Source of the DNA: the human T2T-CHM13v2.0 reference genome, Homo sapiens
Reading direction: 5' to 3' (one strand)
Assembly (NCBI RefSeq): GCF_009914755.1
Contig: NC_060934.1
DNA: 64,000 nt
In this document: positions 44,635 to 60,651 of the stretch, one piece after another
Layout of the letters: every line of letters starts with the position of its first letter
How positions within the stretch are numbered: the stretch's first letter is position 1
Notes under the pieces: model-generated
Seen by the model: only the letters and a program-made list of their open reading frames with translations
Told to the model about the DNA's origin: nothing
The model's database searches: none
Translations under genes and position numbers: made by a program

Positions 44635-44830
44635 GATCTTGGTTTTTGAATCAGGTAGACCTAAATTCTAGTCCTAATACTACTACCTGTTAGCAAGACT
44701 GTGAGCAAGTTATTTATCCTCTCTGTTCCTTAGTTTTACTTATCTACAAAATGGAGCTGATAAAACCTTCTTTACAAGATTATTAAAAAGATTAGAGATA
44801 AATGATTTACAGTACTTGGAACAAAAAACT
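44635..44830 (+). mobile_element. MIR
   Basis: TTTGAATCAGGTAGACCTAAATTCTAGTCC...GAGCAAGTTATTTATCCTCTCTGTTCCTTAGTTTTACTTATCTACAAAATGG. Confidence 0.85.
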
Positions 44831-45326
44831 TACCAACTTTAAATTGGAACGCATTGCATAGATCTTACTCTTTCCAGCAATAGAGGGTTTGTGCTCTAAA
44901 TACACTCCTTGTGTGTAAAGAGTAAATCTACCTGTCTGCCTTAACATTTTGTTCCCTGAAGTCAATGGTGGTCATGACCTGATGTTTCTGTTCAGATACA
45001 GAAATATATGTAATGACTCTTGTCAGAAAGAATGAGAACAAAGAAAGCGAGAACATGCATTCCCCCTGTGAAGGTATCAGCCTGCCACAGTACAGCTGGG
45101 ATTTTATTACCCTTTTTTATAGCCTCAGCATGAAGAGCTACAAAAAAATAATTGGCCATATAATTACCAAGTTTTATTTTTAAAAATCTTTTCAAAACCT
45201 CAATGACATCAGGAGTCATTGAGGTGTTGGAAAAAAAAAAGTGTTTTTTTTTTTTTGGCCAGTTTTCCCTTTCTGGTTTTCATAATGCTTATACTTATCT
45301 GGGAGCATGAGGTGAAATGCATTCTT

Positions 45327-45639
45327 TTACTTTTATTTTTTTTCTTTTTGAGGTGGAGTTTCGCTCTTGTTGCCCAGGCTGGAGTGCAATGGCGTGATCT
45401 CAGCTCACCGCAACCTCCGCCTCCCAGTTCAAGCGATTCTCCCGCCTCAGCCTCCCAAGTAGCTGGGATTACATGTGCCCACCACCACACCCGGCTTTTT
45501 TTTTTATATATATATTTTTAGTAGAGATGGGGTTTCTCCATGTTGGTCAGGCTGTTCTTGAACTCCCGATCTCAGGTGATCCACCAGCCTTGGCCTCCCA
45601 AAGTGCTGGGATTACAGGCGTGAGCCAACACGCCTGACC
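45327..45639 (-). mobile_element. AluSp-like
   Basis: TTTCGCTCTTGTTGCCC, CTCACCGCAACC, TTTCTCCATGTTGGTCAGG; TSD AAATG(C/T)ATTCTT. Confidence 0.95.
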
Positions 45640-46363
45640 TGCCAAATGTATTCTTAAGATGCCTTTCATAATGTGTCAATGATATTTATTCTATCCATAC
45701 AATATATATATGGGCCATGTTTTTACATTTTCTTTAAAAAGAGTGATATATTTCTTTAAAAACAGCGATATATAAAGTATTTAACCTGATTTTCCTTTTA
45801 CTTTACTAAGAACTTTGCTAATAAGTAGATAGAAATTTTAGTTTTGAAAGTGTTCTGTACTTTTTATATATCGTTTTTGATAACATATGGTGAAGATAGA
45901 AAGGAGTATGAAAGAAGATGGGATGTGGCGATCTGTCATTCTTTTAATATCTTCCTGTTGATCTGGGACCATGGAATATACACCAGTATGTCCAAGGATG
46001 ATCGTCCTATCTGGCTTAAAGTCAATTAATTTTAATCCAGATTAGTTTAACAATATTGATAAGGATCCAGACAAATTCTATCCAATAGGATGAATGTTTT
46101 GTAATAGCAGAAAGATTTTATATCTTTACATTCTCCAATGAAGTCATCACAAACAACAGATGACTATTGATAATTTTTCAATATGGCTAGTGTGAATGAA
46201 TTTTTAAATTTCAATTAATTTAGATTTAGTTACATGTGGTTTCCTATAACACAGCAAAGATCTAGATTAAACCCTATTTCAATGTTATCTCATATGAAAC
46301 CAATGAGTATCCCAAGAGATGTTTTCCACTGAGCTTTATTAGGTACTCAACTATAGAAAATAG

Positions 46364-47468
<1,105 letters not shown>

Positions 47469-48065
47469 AGAAAATAGGAAAAGAGGTAGCAATGTAGTTT
47501 CTTTCTATACCATTGAGAAAATAAAGCCATTGTTAATAAAATCACATACTGAACGGACATTTATTCCTTACCTACTTGATGTCAGATATTGTGCAAGAAT
47601 CTCTGGAACCACACATAAATATCAGACATAAATCCTGCCCTAAGAAGCATATGGGCTAGTGAAGAAGTGGACACAAACAAGGGAGAGTAATAAATATTGT
47701 AGCAAAACCACACACTCACTGCTACTGGAATGTAGAGATGAAAATTTTAATTTTGCGTAAAATTGATATGAAGTGGTATTATATTAGGTGAGGAAAGCTT
47801 ATGACTAGAATATTCAGGAAAACATAAGGTACCTACGTTTTACTCCTTAGCTGGCTATATCACGTTCTAAGACATGTTATTACCACATTTTACAATGAGT
47901 CTCAGCCATTCAAAAACTACATACATATATGGACTTCAAAGATGAAGAACAAAGTTAGCATTAATTTTGGTAAAAATTTTAATTCAGTGGTTTATGCATT
48001 AGGGGTACTTTTTCCTACCAGCAAGGCAATATCTTATTCTTATTAAACACACAATAAATGTTTTA

Positions 48066-48444
<379 letters not shown>

Positions 48445-48477
48445 CTAAAAAAATCTGTAACTATGGCAATACCTATG

Positions 48478-48730
48478 TTTTTTCCACTTTATTGAGTTAT
48501 ATTTATATACCATAAAACCCACTCATTGTCAGGGTATAGTGCAATGCTTTGTAGTAAATTTATAGACTTGTGAAACCATCTTCAAAATCCAGTTTTAAAA
48601 CGTGTCCATCCCCCCAAGTACTTTCTTCCAGCCTACTGGCAGTTCACTCAACCTCCCCCAGATTAAACAACCGCGGATTCTGGCCTCTACACATTTGTCC
48701 TCTCGGAGCTGTCCATCTAAACGGAACTTT
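48478..48730 (-). mobile_element. L1MB/MC 3'-end fragment
   Basis: CTTTATTGAGTTATATTTATATACCATAAAACCCACTCATT...AGTAAATTTATAGACTTGTGAAACCATC. Confidence 0.75.
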
Positions 48731-48879
48731 CGGACTGCTTGGGAATTCTATCTTCTTGTCTTACTAACTCTCCCTTAGTTAATTCAGAAAATTTGAAATC
48801 ACTAACAACCCTTACAAGAACATGCAAGAAAGGCACTAACTGCAGGAAAGAGCCTTGAATTAGGAGCAGGATGACTTTA

Positions 48880-49200
48880 TCTGCTCTTCATGCTGAGTGG
48901 GGGCAGTGAACTTGATTTCATAGTGTGTCCTTTTTACCTGTGTGTATAGTGACTAATTGCTGCAGACAGCTAGCTGCTGTTCAGGGCACACTGCCGGGAT
49001 GTTGCATGCGCAAACAAATGCCTGTGTATTTGAAATGCTGTCCTCCTCTCTTCTGTCAGTAGCCTTAGAAACCTCTTCATGCTGAGTCAATAAGTGGGGA
49101 CCAGGAGAAAAGGGTGGGAAACAATAGTTTCCTGGAGTTTGTGCATTGTCCTCTGCATGTACTTCATGCCAGGAAGTGCTTTCTCTGATAGAGTCTTTTT
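48880..49200. promoter_or_regulatory. Candidate enhancer: ARE/MARE, ETS and NRF1-like motifs
   Basis: TGCTGAGTCA 49080-49089, CAGGAAGTG 49170-49178, TGCATGCGCA 49003-49012 in unique DNA. Confidence 0.35.
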
Positions 49201-50201
49201 AAAAAGCATTGATTACTCACACTCCCATACATGCACAAGTACACATAAAAAGTCAAGTGCCACTTAGGTAAGAATAGGGACTTAAAGTTCGCTTGGGATT
49301 AATTTTTCTTCTCTTCTTTCCTTCCCTGCCCTGCTAAATAAAAGCATGTGAGATATGTCAAAACAGTGTGTCCTACTGTGAGTTTCTTTGTATTATTGTT
49401 TTAAATCTTTCTTGGGAATGAGAAAGTCATGATTTGTGATTTGTGATTTAGTTCCGTTCTGATTAATGAGGATTTAAGCTGCAGTTTCTGCTATTATGAA
49501 TTAAATGTCACAGTTCATTAGAGTAGAGCCAGTTCAGGCCATTCCAAGTTTATATCTGTGTTTCCAACATTAAATATTTTCCTCAGGATTTATTAACTTG
49601 GCATCAAGATGTCCCAAGTGTGTCTTTTTTCAATTAAAGAAGAAAATAACAGAGTATAACTTTTCCAGTTCCATTAATGTTCAAGAAGACAGGTGTAAGC
49701 TAGAGAAGCAAAACAATTTCTAATGATTGTAGAAATAACTTGAGATAATAGATGTTAGGAATTAACAGACATAAACCAGCTTTTACTTATGCTTATAAGT
49801 ATAGGATATGTAGATTAATTCTTTCCACCCCTTAAGCCAGATGCTATTTTTTTGGAGACAGACACATGCTGTTTTTAAATGTGTTTGTGAGACTTTGTAC
49901 TTGGGCTTTACTCAATGTGTCAGTTTTATATTTATGCTGGAAATGTTCATTGTTTATCTTCTTTGTATTAAGTGTCAACTCTTTATGAAATGAGGTTGCC
50001 ATATATCTCTGAAGAAAAATGTAAATATATATACTATAAAATAATTTTTAAATGTTTGATTATATAGTTAGGTGATAATTTATAACTGCATATTTTTATG
50101 TACTCTTAAAATTTTATATATGGGAAGAAAACTCTCAACATTTTTAACCTGGCTGCCTCATGCAAGGTGATTAATATATGAACTAAATAATTAAGAATAT
50201 G

Positions 50202-50551
<350 letters not shown>

Positions 50552-50738
50552 TTAAAATTATATAAATATTTTCATATATTATACTGCATTATATTATCAC
50601 GATAATACATTACTCACTTAATATTTGGCTTTCTGATAAAATAGGAATTTGATATAAGTACAGAGAAATATAAAATATTTAATGACCTAGAAGCAAAAAT
50701 AAAAATGCAATAATCTGATTTTTAGAACATAATTAGTA

Positions 50739-51083
50739 TAATCATGAGTCACTTAACCACAGGGATACATTCTCAGAAATGCATCATTAGGCAATTTTTT
50801 TGTTATATGAACATCACAGAGTATACTCGAATAAACCTAGATAGTAGAGGCTAATGCCCACCTAGGTTATATGGTAGAGCCTATTGCTCCTAGTCTACAA
50901 ACCTGTATGGAATTTAACTCTATTATACTCTAGGCAATTATAACAAAATGATAAGCATTTGTGTATCTAAACATATATAGACATAAAAAGGTACAACAAA
51001 AATATGGCATTATAATCTTATGGGACCACCATTGTATATGTCGTCTGTCATCGACCAAAACATCATTACGTGGCACATGATGG
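50739..51083 (+). mobile_element. Tigger3a (MER7A)
   Basis: CACAGGGATACATTCTCAGAAATGCATCATTAGGC...CCTATTGCTCCTAG...ATAATCTTATGGGACCACC; TA flanks. Confidence 0.88.
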
Positions 51084-53551
51084 TATATCCACAAAGACAT
51101 TATCTAGGAGAACTTGATAATCTACCAATTCCTGTAACTCTGTGCTCTTGTTTAGACTATCTCTTCCAAAGTTTTTTACATTTATTTTCTTGGACACCTC
51201 ATGTCATTTTTCTCTTCTAAACTCTTCTATAAGACTTTCATCTCAAAGCTTTTATCTACCTCATCTAAGTCCTCTATTCTGGTAAATGCAATAGGCAACT
51301 CTCAAGCCTTCTTTTATTCTTATTGTGTTTCTCACGACTGACTACTCCCTGGTATCTGAAACACTTTGTTCGCTGTTTCCAGACCAACACCATCTCCTTT
51401 TATTTTTCAATACTGTGGCCATTTCTCCTGAAGAATTCTGTATGATTTGCCTATTTCTGGTCACTACCTTCCTGATCTACACATATTAGTGGGCCTCAGG
51501 GCTCAATTCTCAAACTGTCTCTGCTTTATCTTTTTTTGTTTTTTTTTTTCCTTCCCAGTTGCTAATTGTATGAAGACATACATCGTTTGTACAAGCGTTT
51601 GTTAAAAATGTGTGCGTCACTGCAGATTTAACTAGTTATGTTGTGATGAGCTCATATTGGGGTAGGATGGGCCTCTAATACAATATGACTAATGCCCTTA
51701 AAAAATTGAAATTAAGACACAAACACAGGAGAACACTTTGTGAAGACACATGCAGATGGAGGCAATGCTTCTGTGAGCTAGGGAACCCCAAAGATGGCCA
51801 GAAAACCATCAGAAGTCAGGGGAGAGATATAAAGCATTTCTTCCTCTTAACCCTCAGAAACAAACAACCTTGCCACACCTTGATTGCAGACTTCTAGCCT
51901 CCAGAATTATGAGAGACAATACATTTCTGTTGGTTAAGCCAGTTAGTTTGTGGTACTGACATACCTCGTGTTATTATGCTTCACTTTATTGCACTTTGCA
52001 GACAATTTTGTATAAATGAAAGGTTCGTGGAAATCCTGCATCAAGCAAGTCTACTGGCATCATTTTTCCAACAGCGTGTGCTTACACCATGTCTGAATGT
52101 CATATTTTGATAATTCTCACAATATTTCAAACTTTTTCATTATTATTGTATCTGTAATGGTGTTCTGTGATTAGCGATCTTTGTCGTTACTATTGTAATC
52201 GGGGCCACCACACTCATCTCATATTAGACAACAAATTAATCAATAAATGTATGTTTTCCATATGCTCCAGGGACCTGCCATTCTGCCACCTCTCCTCCTC
52301 TCCTCAGGCCTGTATATTCTTCAAGATACAGCAATACTGAAGTTAGGCCAACTAATAACCCTATAATGTCCTCTAAACGTTCAACTTAAAGGAATAGACT
52401 CATGTATCTCATTTTAAATCAAAAGCTAGAAATAATTAATCTTAGTGAGGAAGGAATGTCAAAAGCTGAGGCTGAAAAGTACACCTCTTTCATCAAAAAG
52501 TTAGCCAAGCTGTGAATGTGAAGAATAGGTTCTTGAAGAAAATTAAAAGTGCTACTCCAGTGAATACACAAATGACAAAAAAAAATTGAAATAGGCTTAT
52601 TGCTGATATAGAGAAAATGTGAGTGGTCTGGAAAGAAGATTGAACCAGTAACAACACTCTCTTAAGTCAAAACCTGATCTAGAACAGGCCCTACCTCTCC
52701 TCAATTCTATGAAGTCTGAGAGAGGTGAGGAAACTGCAGAAGAAAAGTCAAAAGCTAGCTGAGATTGGTTCATGACCTTGAAGGAAAGAAACAATCTCCA
52801 TAACATAAAAGTGCAAGGTGAAGGAGGATGTGATGATGGAGAAACTGGAGCAAGTTATCCAGAAGATCTAGGTAGGATCACTGATGCAAATGGCTACATT
52901 AAACAACAGATTTTTATTAAACGTAGTTGAAACAGCCGTATATTAGAAGATGCCGTTTGTTTGGGACTTTCAGAGCTAGAGAGGAAGTCAATGCCTGGCT
53001 TCAGAGCTTCAAAGGACAGGCTGACACTCTTGTTAGGAGAGAATACAGTGGCTAAGTTTAAATTAAAACCAACGATCATTTATTATTCAGAAAATTCTAG
53101 AGCTTTTAAGAACTTGCTAAATCTATTCTGCCTGTGGTCTGTAAATGGAACAACAAGGCCTGAGTGACAGCACATCTGTTTATGGCATGGCTTAGTGAAT
53201 ATTTTAAGCCCACAGTTGAGACCAACTGCTCAGAAAAATATATTCCTTTCAAAATACTATTGCTCATTGATAATGCACCTGGTCACCCAAGAGCTCTGAT
53301 GAAGATGCACAAAAAGATTAATGATGTTTTCATGCCTGCTAACACAACATCCATCCTACAGCCCATGGATTAAGGAGTAATTTTGACGTTCAAGTTATTT
53401 AACAAATGCACTTTGTAAGGTTATAACTGCCATAGATAGTGATCCCACTCATGGTTCTGTGCAAAGTAAGCTGAAAACCTGTGGAAAGGATTCACTATTC
53501 TAGATGCCATTAAGAACATTTGTGATTCATGGTAGGTCAAAATATCAACAT

Positions 53552-54398
53552 ATACAAATGGCCAACAAACATATGAAAAAATGCTCAACATCACTAATGA
53601 TCAGGGAAATGCAAATCAAAACCACAATGCAATACCACCTTACTCCTGCAAAAATGGCCACAATAAAAAAAAATAGATGTTGACATGGGTGTGGCAAAAA
53701 GGGAACACTTTTACACTGCTGGTGGGAATGTAAACTAGTACAACCACTATGGAAAACAGTGTGCAGATTCCTTAAAGAACTAAAAGTAGAACTATCATTT
53801 GATCCAGCAATCCCACTACTGGGTATCTACCCAGAGGAAAAGAAGTCATTATGTGAAAAAGACACTTATATAAAAAGATATAAAGTTGTTTACAGCAGCG
53901 CAATTCGCAATTGCAAAAATATGGAACCAGCCCAAGTGCCCATCAGTCAATGAGGGGATAAAGAAATTGTGATAAGGAAATTGTGATACATATACACACA
54001 TACATACATGTATACATACACAGGCACCATGGAATACTACTTGGCCATGAAAAGGAATGAAATAATGGCATTCGCAGCAACCTAGATGGAATTGGAGACC
54101 ATCATACTAAGTGAAGTAACTCAAGAATGGGAAACCAAACATCCTATGTTCTCACTCATGAGTGGGAGCTAAGCTATGAGGACACAAAGGCATAAGAATG
54201 ATACAATGGACTTTGGAGACTCAGGGGAAAGGGCAAGAGTGGGGTGAGGGATCAAAGACTACACATTGGGTACAGTGTATACTTCTTGGGTGATGGGTGT
54301 GCCAAAATCACAGAAATCACCAATAAATAACTTATTCATGTAACCAAACACCATCTGTTCCCCCAAAACCTATTGAAGTTTAAAAAAAAAAGAAGAAG
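53552..54398 (+). mobile_element. 5'-truncated L1PB-like element inside Tigger1
   Basis: [28 protein letters not shown]; L1PB-type 3' UTR ending CCCCAAAACCTATTGAA plus A tail; TSD-like AAAATAT(C/A)AA(C/A)AT. Confidence 0.9.
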
Positions 54399-54600
54399 AA
54401 AATATAAAAATAAATAGATTTTTAACAATTTTTAAAAAGGAGTATAAAAGAAGTGGGTTCCAACCCTCATGAATACTTTGAGGGGTACAAGATTTCTGTG
54501 GAGGAAGCAACTATAGATATAATAGAAAGGGCAAGAGAACTAGAATTAGAAAAGGAGCCTGAAGAGGACACTGAATGGCTGCAATCTTAAGATCAAACTT

Positions 54601-55690
<1,090 letters not shown>

Positions 55691-55744
55691 AAAAGAAGAC
55701 ATTTATGCAGCCAAAAAAAAAGAAAAGAAAGGAAAAGAAAATAT

Positions 55745-56136
55745 ATATACCATGGAATACTATTCAGCCATAAAAAGGAAAAAAATAATGGCATTCACAG
55801 CAACCTGGATGGAACTGGAGACCAAAATTCTAAGTGAAGTAACTCAGGAACGGAAAACTAAGCATCGTATGTTCTCACTCATATGTGGGAGCTAAGCTAT
55901 AAGACACAAAGCCATAAGAATAATACATTGGACTTTGGGGACTCGGGAGGAAGGATGGAAGGGGGACGAGGGATAAAAGACTACACATTGGGTACAGTGT
56001 ACACTGCTCAGGTGATGGATGCACGAAAATCTCAGAAATCACCACTAAAGAACTTATTAATGTAACCAAATACCACCTGTTCCCCAAAAACCTATTGAAA
56101 TAAAAAAATTAAAAATAACGAAAAAAGAAAGAAAAA
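55745..56136 (+). mobile_element. L1PB-like 3' end within the same TSD as copy B
   Basis: CATGGAATACTATTCAGCC...CCTATTGAAATAAAAAAA; TSD AAGATCAAACTTGT at 54589-54602 and 56137-56150. Confidence 0.88.
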
Positions 56137-57341
56137 AAGATCAAACTTGTATGAATGAGGAGTTGCTTTTTTATGGATAAGCAAAGAAAGTCATTTTTCA
56201 AGATGGAAACTACTCCTGGTGACGATGTTGCGTACACTTTTGAAATGTTAACAAATGATTCTGAATATTTCATAAAATAGCTGATAAAGCAGTAGTAAGG
56301 TTTGAGAGGATTGACTCCAATTGAAAGAAGTTCTAATGTGGGTAAAATGCTATCAAGCAGCATATCATGCTACAGAGAAATCTTTCGTGCAAGGAAGAGT
56401 TGATCAATGTGGCAAATTTCATTGTTGACTTATTTTAAGAAACTGCCACTGCCATTCTAACCTTTAGCAACCACAAACCTGATCAACAGCCATCAACCTC
56501 TAGGCCATACACTCTCCCCTGGCTAAAAGATTAGGACTTGCTGAGGGTGCAGATAAACATTAGCATTTTGTAATCAACAAAGTATATTTAATTAAGGTAT
56601 ATACATATTGATTTTAGAAATAATGCCATTGTACACTTAATAGACTACAGTATGGTACAAACATAATTTTTATATGCACTGGGAAACCAAAAAATTCGTG
56701 TGACTCTCTTTATCATGATGGTCTAGAGCCAAATTTGCAGTATCTTTGAGGTATTTCTGTACTTTAGTTGGGCAGCTTCAGGAAAGAAATATAGATTTGA
56801 CCTGACATGACAGCCCCAAGATGATACATTTAGCACCACCCGCCCGCTGAAATGCAGCCTAGTATATGTAACCGTCCACTCAAATTCCTAATTAGCATTA
56901 AAACTTGATCTGATTCCTCCCTCCCCACCGCAATTCTGCTTCTCCCAGGTTATTAGCACCTTAGTAAAGGATACCTAGGTTAGGCTAAGGTAAGAACCCT
57001 CAGGTTCATGCTTGCCCTGAGTGCTCATATCCAAAACCACAGGCTTTTCTGGCTGTAACTCCCAAAAATATTCTCACCTCAATCCCTTCTCACAGTTCCA
57101 CCGCTGTCATCGCCTCTGCCACTACAACTCAACACCATTCTAGTCCACATGCCATTTCCTTCACTTGGACAACTGGAAACACAGACAGAATACTGTCTTC
57201 CACTGTTTGCCCCTATGATTGATTTTCCACAGAGCAACTGTAGTTATCTTTTAAAAATTTAAGACTTTTTTTCTTTCTCAGCACAAAACCCATCAATGTT
57301 TTTTCATTAAACTGTATAGCAAAGCTTGTAATATACTAAAG

Positions 57342-57551
57342 CAGTGATTTTCACCTGGGGGTATTTTTGATCCCACTTCTTCCCTAGCCACCTAGAAACA
57401 TTTTACAACGTCTGGAGACACTTTTTGATGTCACGATATGAGATGGGGGAGCAGCGGGCATCTAGTGAGTAGAGGCCAAGAATATAGATAAACATCTTAC
57501 ATGGCACAAAAACACCCAAAATGTCAACAGTTCTGAGGCTGGGAAACCCTG
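57342..57551 (+). mobile_element. MER20
   Basis: CAGTGATTTTCACCTGGGG...GTCTGGAGACACTTTTTG...GGCATCTAGTGAGTAGAGGCCA...GGGAAACCCTG. Confidence 0.9.
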
Positions 57552-57869
57552 TGCTACATGGTCTTGCTCCTCTCTGACTCACAGCCCTTCACCTTCTCCT
57601 GGACTCAGTCCTCCCTAGCTGTGTTTTCATTCACTCTTGCTCAAACATGTCATACACAGACCTGCTGCAGGTCTTTTGCTCTTAGTGCCCCGCTGCTGCA
57701 ACTCTTAGATTTCACAGACGTCATCCTTCATTTCATTCAATTTCTGTTAAAAGTCATCACTTCTAAAAGGCCTCCTTGACTTCTCCATCTAAAATAGCAC
57801 CTCCATGATAGCCTATAACTTATTCTGCTTTAGTTTCATCCATTGTTATCCAATATTTTCCTTTAAGGG

Positions 57870-58640
57870 CAGTTGATCCTTGAACAAACACGAGTTTGAA
57901 CTGCATGGGTCCACTTCTACATGGATTTTCTTTTATCTCTGCCATTCCTGAGACAGTAAGACAAACCCCTTCTCTTCCTCCTCCTCCTAACCTACTCAAC
58001 ATGAGGATGACTAGGATGAAGACCTTTACGATGGTTTACTCCCAGTTAATAAGTAGAAATATATTTTCTCTCATTATTTTCTTTCTTTTGGTTTTGTTTG
58101 GCTCTTTTTTGTTTTGTTTTGTTTTGTTTTGTTTGAGATGGAGTCTCACTCTGTTGCCCAGTCTGGAGTGCAGTGGCGTGATCTCTGCTGACTGTAACCT
58201 CTGCCTCCTGGTTTCAAGCAATTCTCCTGCCTCAGCCTCCCAAGTAGCTGGGACTACAGGTACACACCACCATGCCTGGCTAATCTTTGTATTTTTAGTA
58301 GAGACGGGGTTTCATCATGTTGACCAGGCTGGTCTTGAACTCCTGACCTTAGGTGATCCGCCTGCCTTGGCCTCCCAAAGTGCTGGGATTATAGGCATGA
58401 GCCCCCGTGACTGGCCCCTTACGATTTTCTTAATAACATTTTCTTTAGCTTACTTTATTGTAAGAATATAGTATATAATGCATATAACATATAAAATATG
58501 TGTTAACTGTTTATTGGTAAGGCTTTCAATCAATAGTAGGCTATTAGTAGTTGTGTTTTGAGGAATCAAAAGTTATATGCAGATATTCAACCACACAGGG
58601 GTGAGCTCCCCTAATCCCTGCATTGTTCAAGGGTCAGTTG
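57870..58640 (+). mobile_element. Tigger2a/MER28, interrupted by Alu
   Basis: TIRs CAGTTGATCCTTGAACAA and TTGTTCAAGGGTCAGTTG followed by TA. Confidence 0.88.
58082..58416 (-). mobile_element. AluSx-like with (TTTTG)n tail
   Basis: Full reverse-complement dimer. Confidence 0.95.
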
Positions 58641-58753
58641 TATTTACGTCAACCAACACTATCACTACTACCACTCCAACTGGAGTATAACATCTTTAAT
58701 TAACAGCAGGGATTTTTTTTGTTTTTGCTTGCCACTCTACTCTCAGCCCCTGG

Positions 58754-58798
<45 letters not shown>

Positions 58799-59081
58799 TC
58801 AAAGTCTTCATGAAATGAATGAATGAATGAATTAATTAATTAATATGTTAACTAGTTAATCTTCCATGGCCAGAAACCAACAGAAAACTCAGTTTGGTGA
58901 ATGAGAGTCTTTGTCAATTTATAAATTGCAGCAGAAGTCAAATAAGACAACCACAATTTTGTAATTGGTAAGATGCCACTTAATTCCCCTGCATCAAAAT
59001 GCATAGCCTCAGACAATTATATGTTTAGAGAACTTTCCAACTAATCTCACTCATAAAAGTCACTCGATGAGGCCAGGGTAT

Positions 59082-59677
59082 TGTTAAATATAGTGAACTC
59101 CAAGTTTCTCTTCAAAGAATCAGTATGTCAGTATGTTCAGCTCTCTTATTCTTTGATTCTCCATTTTAAAGTTTACCTTCCTGGTTCTTTCTCCCACTTG
59201 CTTCTAGTTTCAGTAAACAACTTTTCCACTGGTCCTGATCAGTAGTTCACATCTGTTCCCCTTGATCACCTGCTCCATCCTGACACATCCTGGTCACCTG
59301 CTTTGACCTGAGTCACCTTTGGTCACCTGCTCTGACCTAAGTCACCTTTAGTTACCTGTTCCTAACCGTCCTTCCCGCCAAACTACTCACCCTGCCACTC
59401 TAGCTCAAAACCTTCCCTCATTAAAATAGCCAATCAGAATTAGCTTAGACTGTGTGGTCCAACCCTAGCCAATAGGGGAATGACACAGCAGTAGGGGCTA
59501 CCTGCATCAGGAATAAGAACTCCTGCCACTCTGCATCCAGGTGTGCTCTCACCATTGTTCCATCTGCGATAAGCACCCTTTCTGCAGAAAGTAAAAATTG
59601 CCTTGCTGAGAGAATTAAATTTATGTTCAAGTGCTATTACTATTACATCTGAGAACAAGCATTTTTAATTTCTAACA
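59082..59677 (+). mobile_element. LTR10-family (LTR10F-like, HERV-I group) solo LTR
   Basis: TGTTAAATATAGTGAACTCCAAGTTTCTCTTCAAAGAATCAGTATGTCAGTATGTTCA...TCTAACA; perfect TSD GTAT; two CCAAT boxes; internal ~29-bp repeats. Confidence 0.88.
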
Positions 59678-60651
59678 GTATCCTAGATCACCCTAATCAT
59701 TTAGTCTCTCATCTCTATAAAACTATGTTCCATCCCTTTTCTGGCTCATTATCCACCTCTTAGGTAGTGACACCTCCCATGGTACCTTCTGTCACTGATG
59801 GCCAGTGATTAGAGAGACTGAAAATGCCCTAACCTCTTCTTTGAATGTCCCCTTCACTTTCTCCAGTACTTTCCCATAGCACTTTCTAGTAGTGAATGTA
59901 TTCTTTCTCCTACACACCTGCTATGTCAGACCTGGAGAGGAGTTGACTTCCTCTATCCTTTTGGCTCTTTCCTGCCTTCCTTCTCCTGATAATGCCAGTA
60001 TGAAATTTATGTCATTGTATTATACTACCTACTATGCCACTTTGTTACAATGCTTTTCCAGCCCATATAAAATGCCCTCTTCTTTAAAGACTGTACCTCC
60101 TTGTACACTCTCCTTCTTTCTGAAATTCCTTTCTAATTTTTGAAACTTTCTATTGTTATGTAGATCATCCTTCCAATCACCCTGTTTGTCAGCTCTTTAA
60201 CCTACTGACCTTCAATAATCTTGTTTTCCATCTCAACCAGGCCACTCATTGTCATGGTTATATGTTGTCCTTGTAATTGTAAAAATGTGCTTATTTTTTT
60301 ACAACCTTCAAGAATTCTACTCTCCAAACATCCATGTGTGTCCTCACTTCAACTCTCTCCTCCCAATGACTCTGGCAAACAAACAAACTTGGAGTTATTT
60401 TTCATTCCTTTCCTTCTCTTACATTCTACAACACATCTCCAGCAAATCCTGCCAGCAGCATGCTAAAGTTATGTTCAAGATCCACTGTTCACAATCTTCA
60501 CTCTAGTCAAATTGCTCCAAATCACCATAATCTCCCACATGGTCTCCCTGCATTTGGCATGTTAGGTCTATTCTCAACAAGGAGCAAAACCAATGTGATT
60601 ACAACTCAGTCAGGTGAGGTCACTTTTCTGCTCAAAATATTCCAATTCCAC

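Larger units (their letters stand above)
56800..58830 (+). mobile_element. L2 3' region with (TGAA)n tail, interrupted by MER20, Tigger2a and (CA)n
   Basis: TTTTCCACAGAGCAACTGTAGTTATCTTTTAAAA; AGGCCTCCTTGACTTCTCCATCTAAAATAGCAC; TGAATGAATGAATGA. Confidence 0.7.

Noticed and set aside
57896-58471. 191-aa ORF and similar Alu-containing ORFs (13686, 14512, 42526, 45219)
   Set aside because: Translations of antisense Alu and Tigger2a sequence, a common artefact.
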